Origin: Candidatus Pacearchaeota archaeon
GTDB taxonomy: Archaea > Nanobdellota > Nanobdellia > Pacearchaeales > GW2011-AR1
NCBI GenBank assembly: GCA_018304025.1
Contig: JAGVXA010000012.1
Span: 1-62,434, forward strand
Direction: 5' to 3'
DNA length: 62,434 nucleotides
The notes beneath the pieces were generated by a model. That model did no database searches. It saw only the letters and a program-made list of their open reading frames with translations, and was not told where the DNA came from. The translations under genes and the position numbers were made by a program. Shown here in pieces: positions 61,812-62,434 of the stretch (the first letter of the stretch is position 1; each line of letters begins with the position of its first letter).

Positions 61812-62052
61812 AGCTATCTCTCCTTTATAAATTTTTTTGTGATTTTTGCCTCATTAAATTTTTTGAGGGAAATTCATTATTTGGGTAATATCATTAAGGG
61901 GAATAATTATTTGAATAGAGTCGAAAAATTAGCCTTCGCTAATTTCCGAGAATTTAACGACATGAATTTGATAGCAACTATTATTTATTTGTTTTACTTT
62001 TTAGTTTTGATTTCGGTAAGATTAAATATTGGGAGTTTTTTCTTTTATTGTT

Positions 62053-62102
62053 CACATGGCACAATCGCGTTAGCTCAAATGCTATGTGGAACGGAGAGTC
62101 AA
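62053..62102 (+). repeat. tRNA-Ser leader: copy of tRNA nt 4-16, then CTCAAA plus antisense of nt 3-12
   Basis: CACATGGCACAAT-cgcgttagCTCAAA-TGCTATGTGG-aacggagagtcaa, then the tRNA. Confidence 0.5.
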
Positions 62103-62184
62103 GCCCACATGGCACAATGGTACTGCGCGCGCCTCGAGAGCGCGTTTCCTTCGGGATTTCCAGGTTCGATTCCTGGTGTGGGCG
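62103..62184 (+). tRNA. tRNA-Ser(CGA)
   Basis: GCCCACA-TG-GCAC..CTGC-G-CGCGC-CTCGAGA-GCGCG-[15-nt variable arm]-CCAGG-TTCGATT-CCTGG-TGTGGGC-G. Confidence 0.85.
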
Positions 62185-62257
62185 TTTATAGCTGAACCTG
62201 GCTTTGATTCGCTCTTGCTCGGGTACTCGCTAGGTGACGAATACGTCCCCATACGTC

Positions 62258-62312
62258 GCCGGAATACCAGCGCCGAGCGGCGAACAAAGTGGTTCGATTC
62301 CTGGTGTCGGCG
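62258..62312 (+). other. tRNA-like fragment sharing the T-loop/acceptor 3' end of tRNA-Ser
   Basis: ggttcgattcctggtgt(g/c)ggcgtttat occurs at 62163.. and 62291... No complete cloverleaf could be folded. Confidence 0.3.
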
Positions 62313-62434
62313 TTTATCGAGATTAATTTCTTATTATGTCGTATCCGATAATTATTTCCTAACGACAAATTAAACTGTTTCTTTATTTTCATTCTTTTCT
62401 CCTTTTCCTTTCAAATGCCTGTGCTGGAGTTTCC

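Noticed and set aside
62086-62392. ORFs 62086..62373 (+) and 62186..62392 (-)
   Set aside because: They overlap tRNA-Ser and the tRNA-like remnant, have a GTG start, and their translation is dominated by the tRNA sequence.

Overview
AT-rich (about one-third GC by eye), densely coding 62.4-kb fragment that looks archaeal. By inference it comes from a small-genome DPANN-type archaeon. Supporting evidence: archaeal-only ribosomal proteins L10e and L35Ae, a class III (pilin-type) signal peptide, archease plus RtcB, and a tRNA-Tyr with the C1-G72 pair. Four of the seven tRNA genes carry anticodon-loop introns of 25-94 nt.

Recognisable core content:
- PEP synthase.
- A scattered glycolytic set: ROK glucokinase, PfkB kinase, class I aldolase, TIM, two copies of bacterial-type GAPDH, and PGK.
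- A Kef antiporter, a DAC-only DisA homologue, a SET-domain methyltransferase and a YgiQ radical-SAM protein.
- A glycan-handling island with two GT4 glycosyltransferases, NagB, a PIG-L deacetylase and a six-hairpin glycosidase.
- Many signal-peptide or membrane proteins of unknown function.

Observations that ordinary annotation does not explain:
1. A short Cys-x-x-Thr-Lys/Arg-Ala-Tyr/Arg-Trp peptide tag sits at the extreme C-terminus of three secreted proteins and directly behind the leader of two others.
2. A large family of nested palindromic repeat units shows covarying hairpins. Copies are inserted in-frame in the YgiQ gene and at the 5' end of the glucokinase gene. A separate TIR-bounded MITE has clear 10-11 bp target-site duplications.
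3. Four tRNA genes each carry a cis-encoded segment antisense to their own 5' end behind a CTCAAA motif. In three cases a decoy copy of the tRNA 5' end is also present. In tRNA-Gly the segment is duplicated in the intron and the 3' trailer.
4. Repeats of the tRNA-Val 3' half bracket a 1.3-kb insert.
5. A 1.03-kb direct duplication of gap flanks a 4-kb repeat-rich insert.
6. A duplicated two-gene small-membrane-protein cassette is translationally coupled into glycolytic operons.
7. Two accessory genes are interrupted by in-frame TAG codons.

No CRISPR array, rRNA, transposase or integrase gene was seen.
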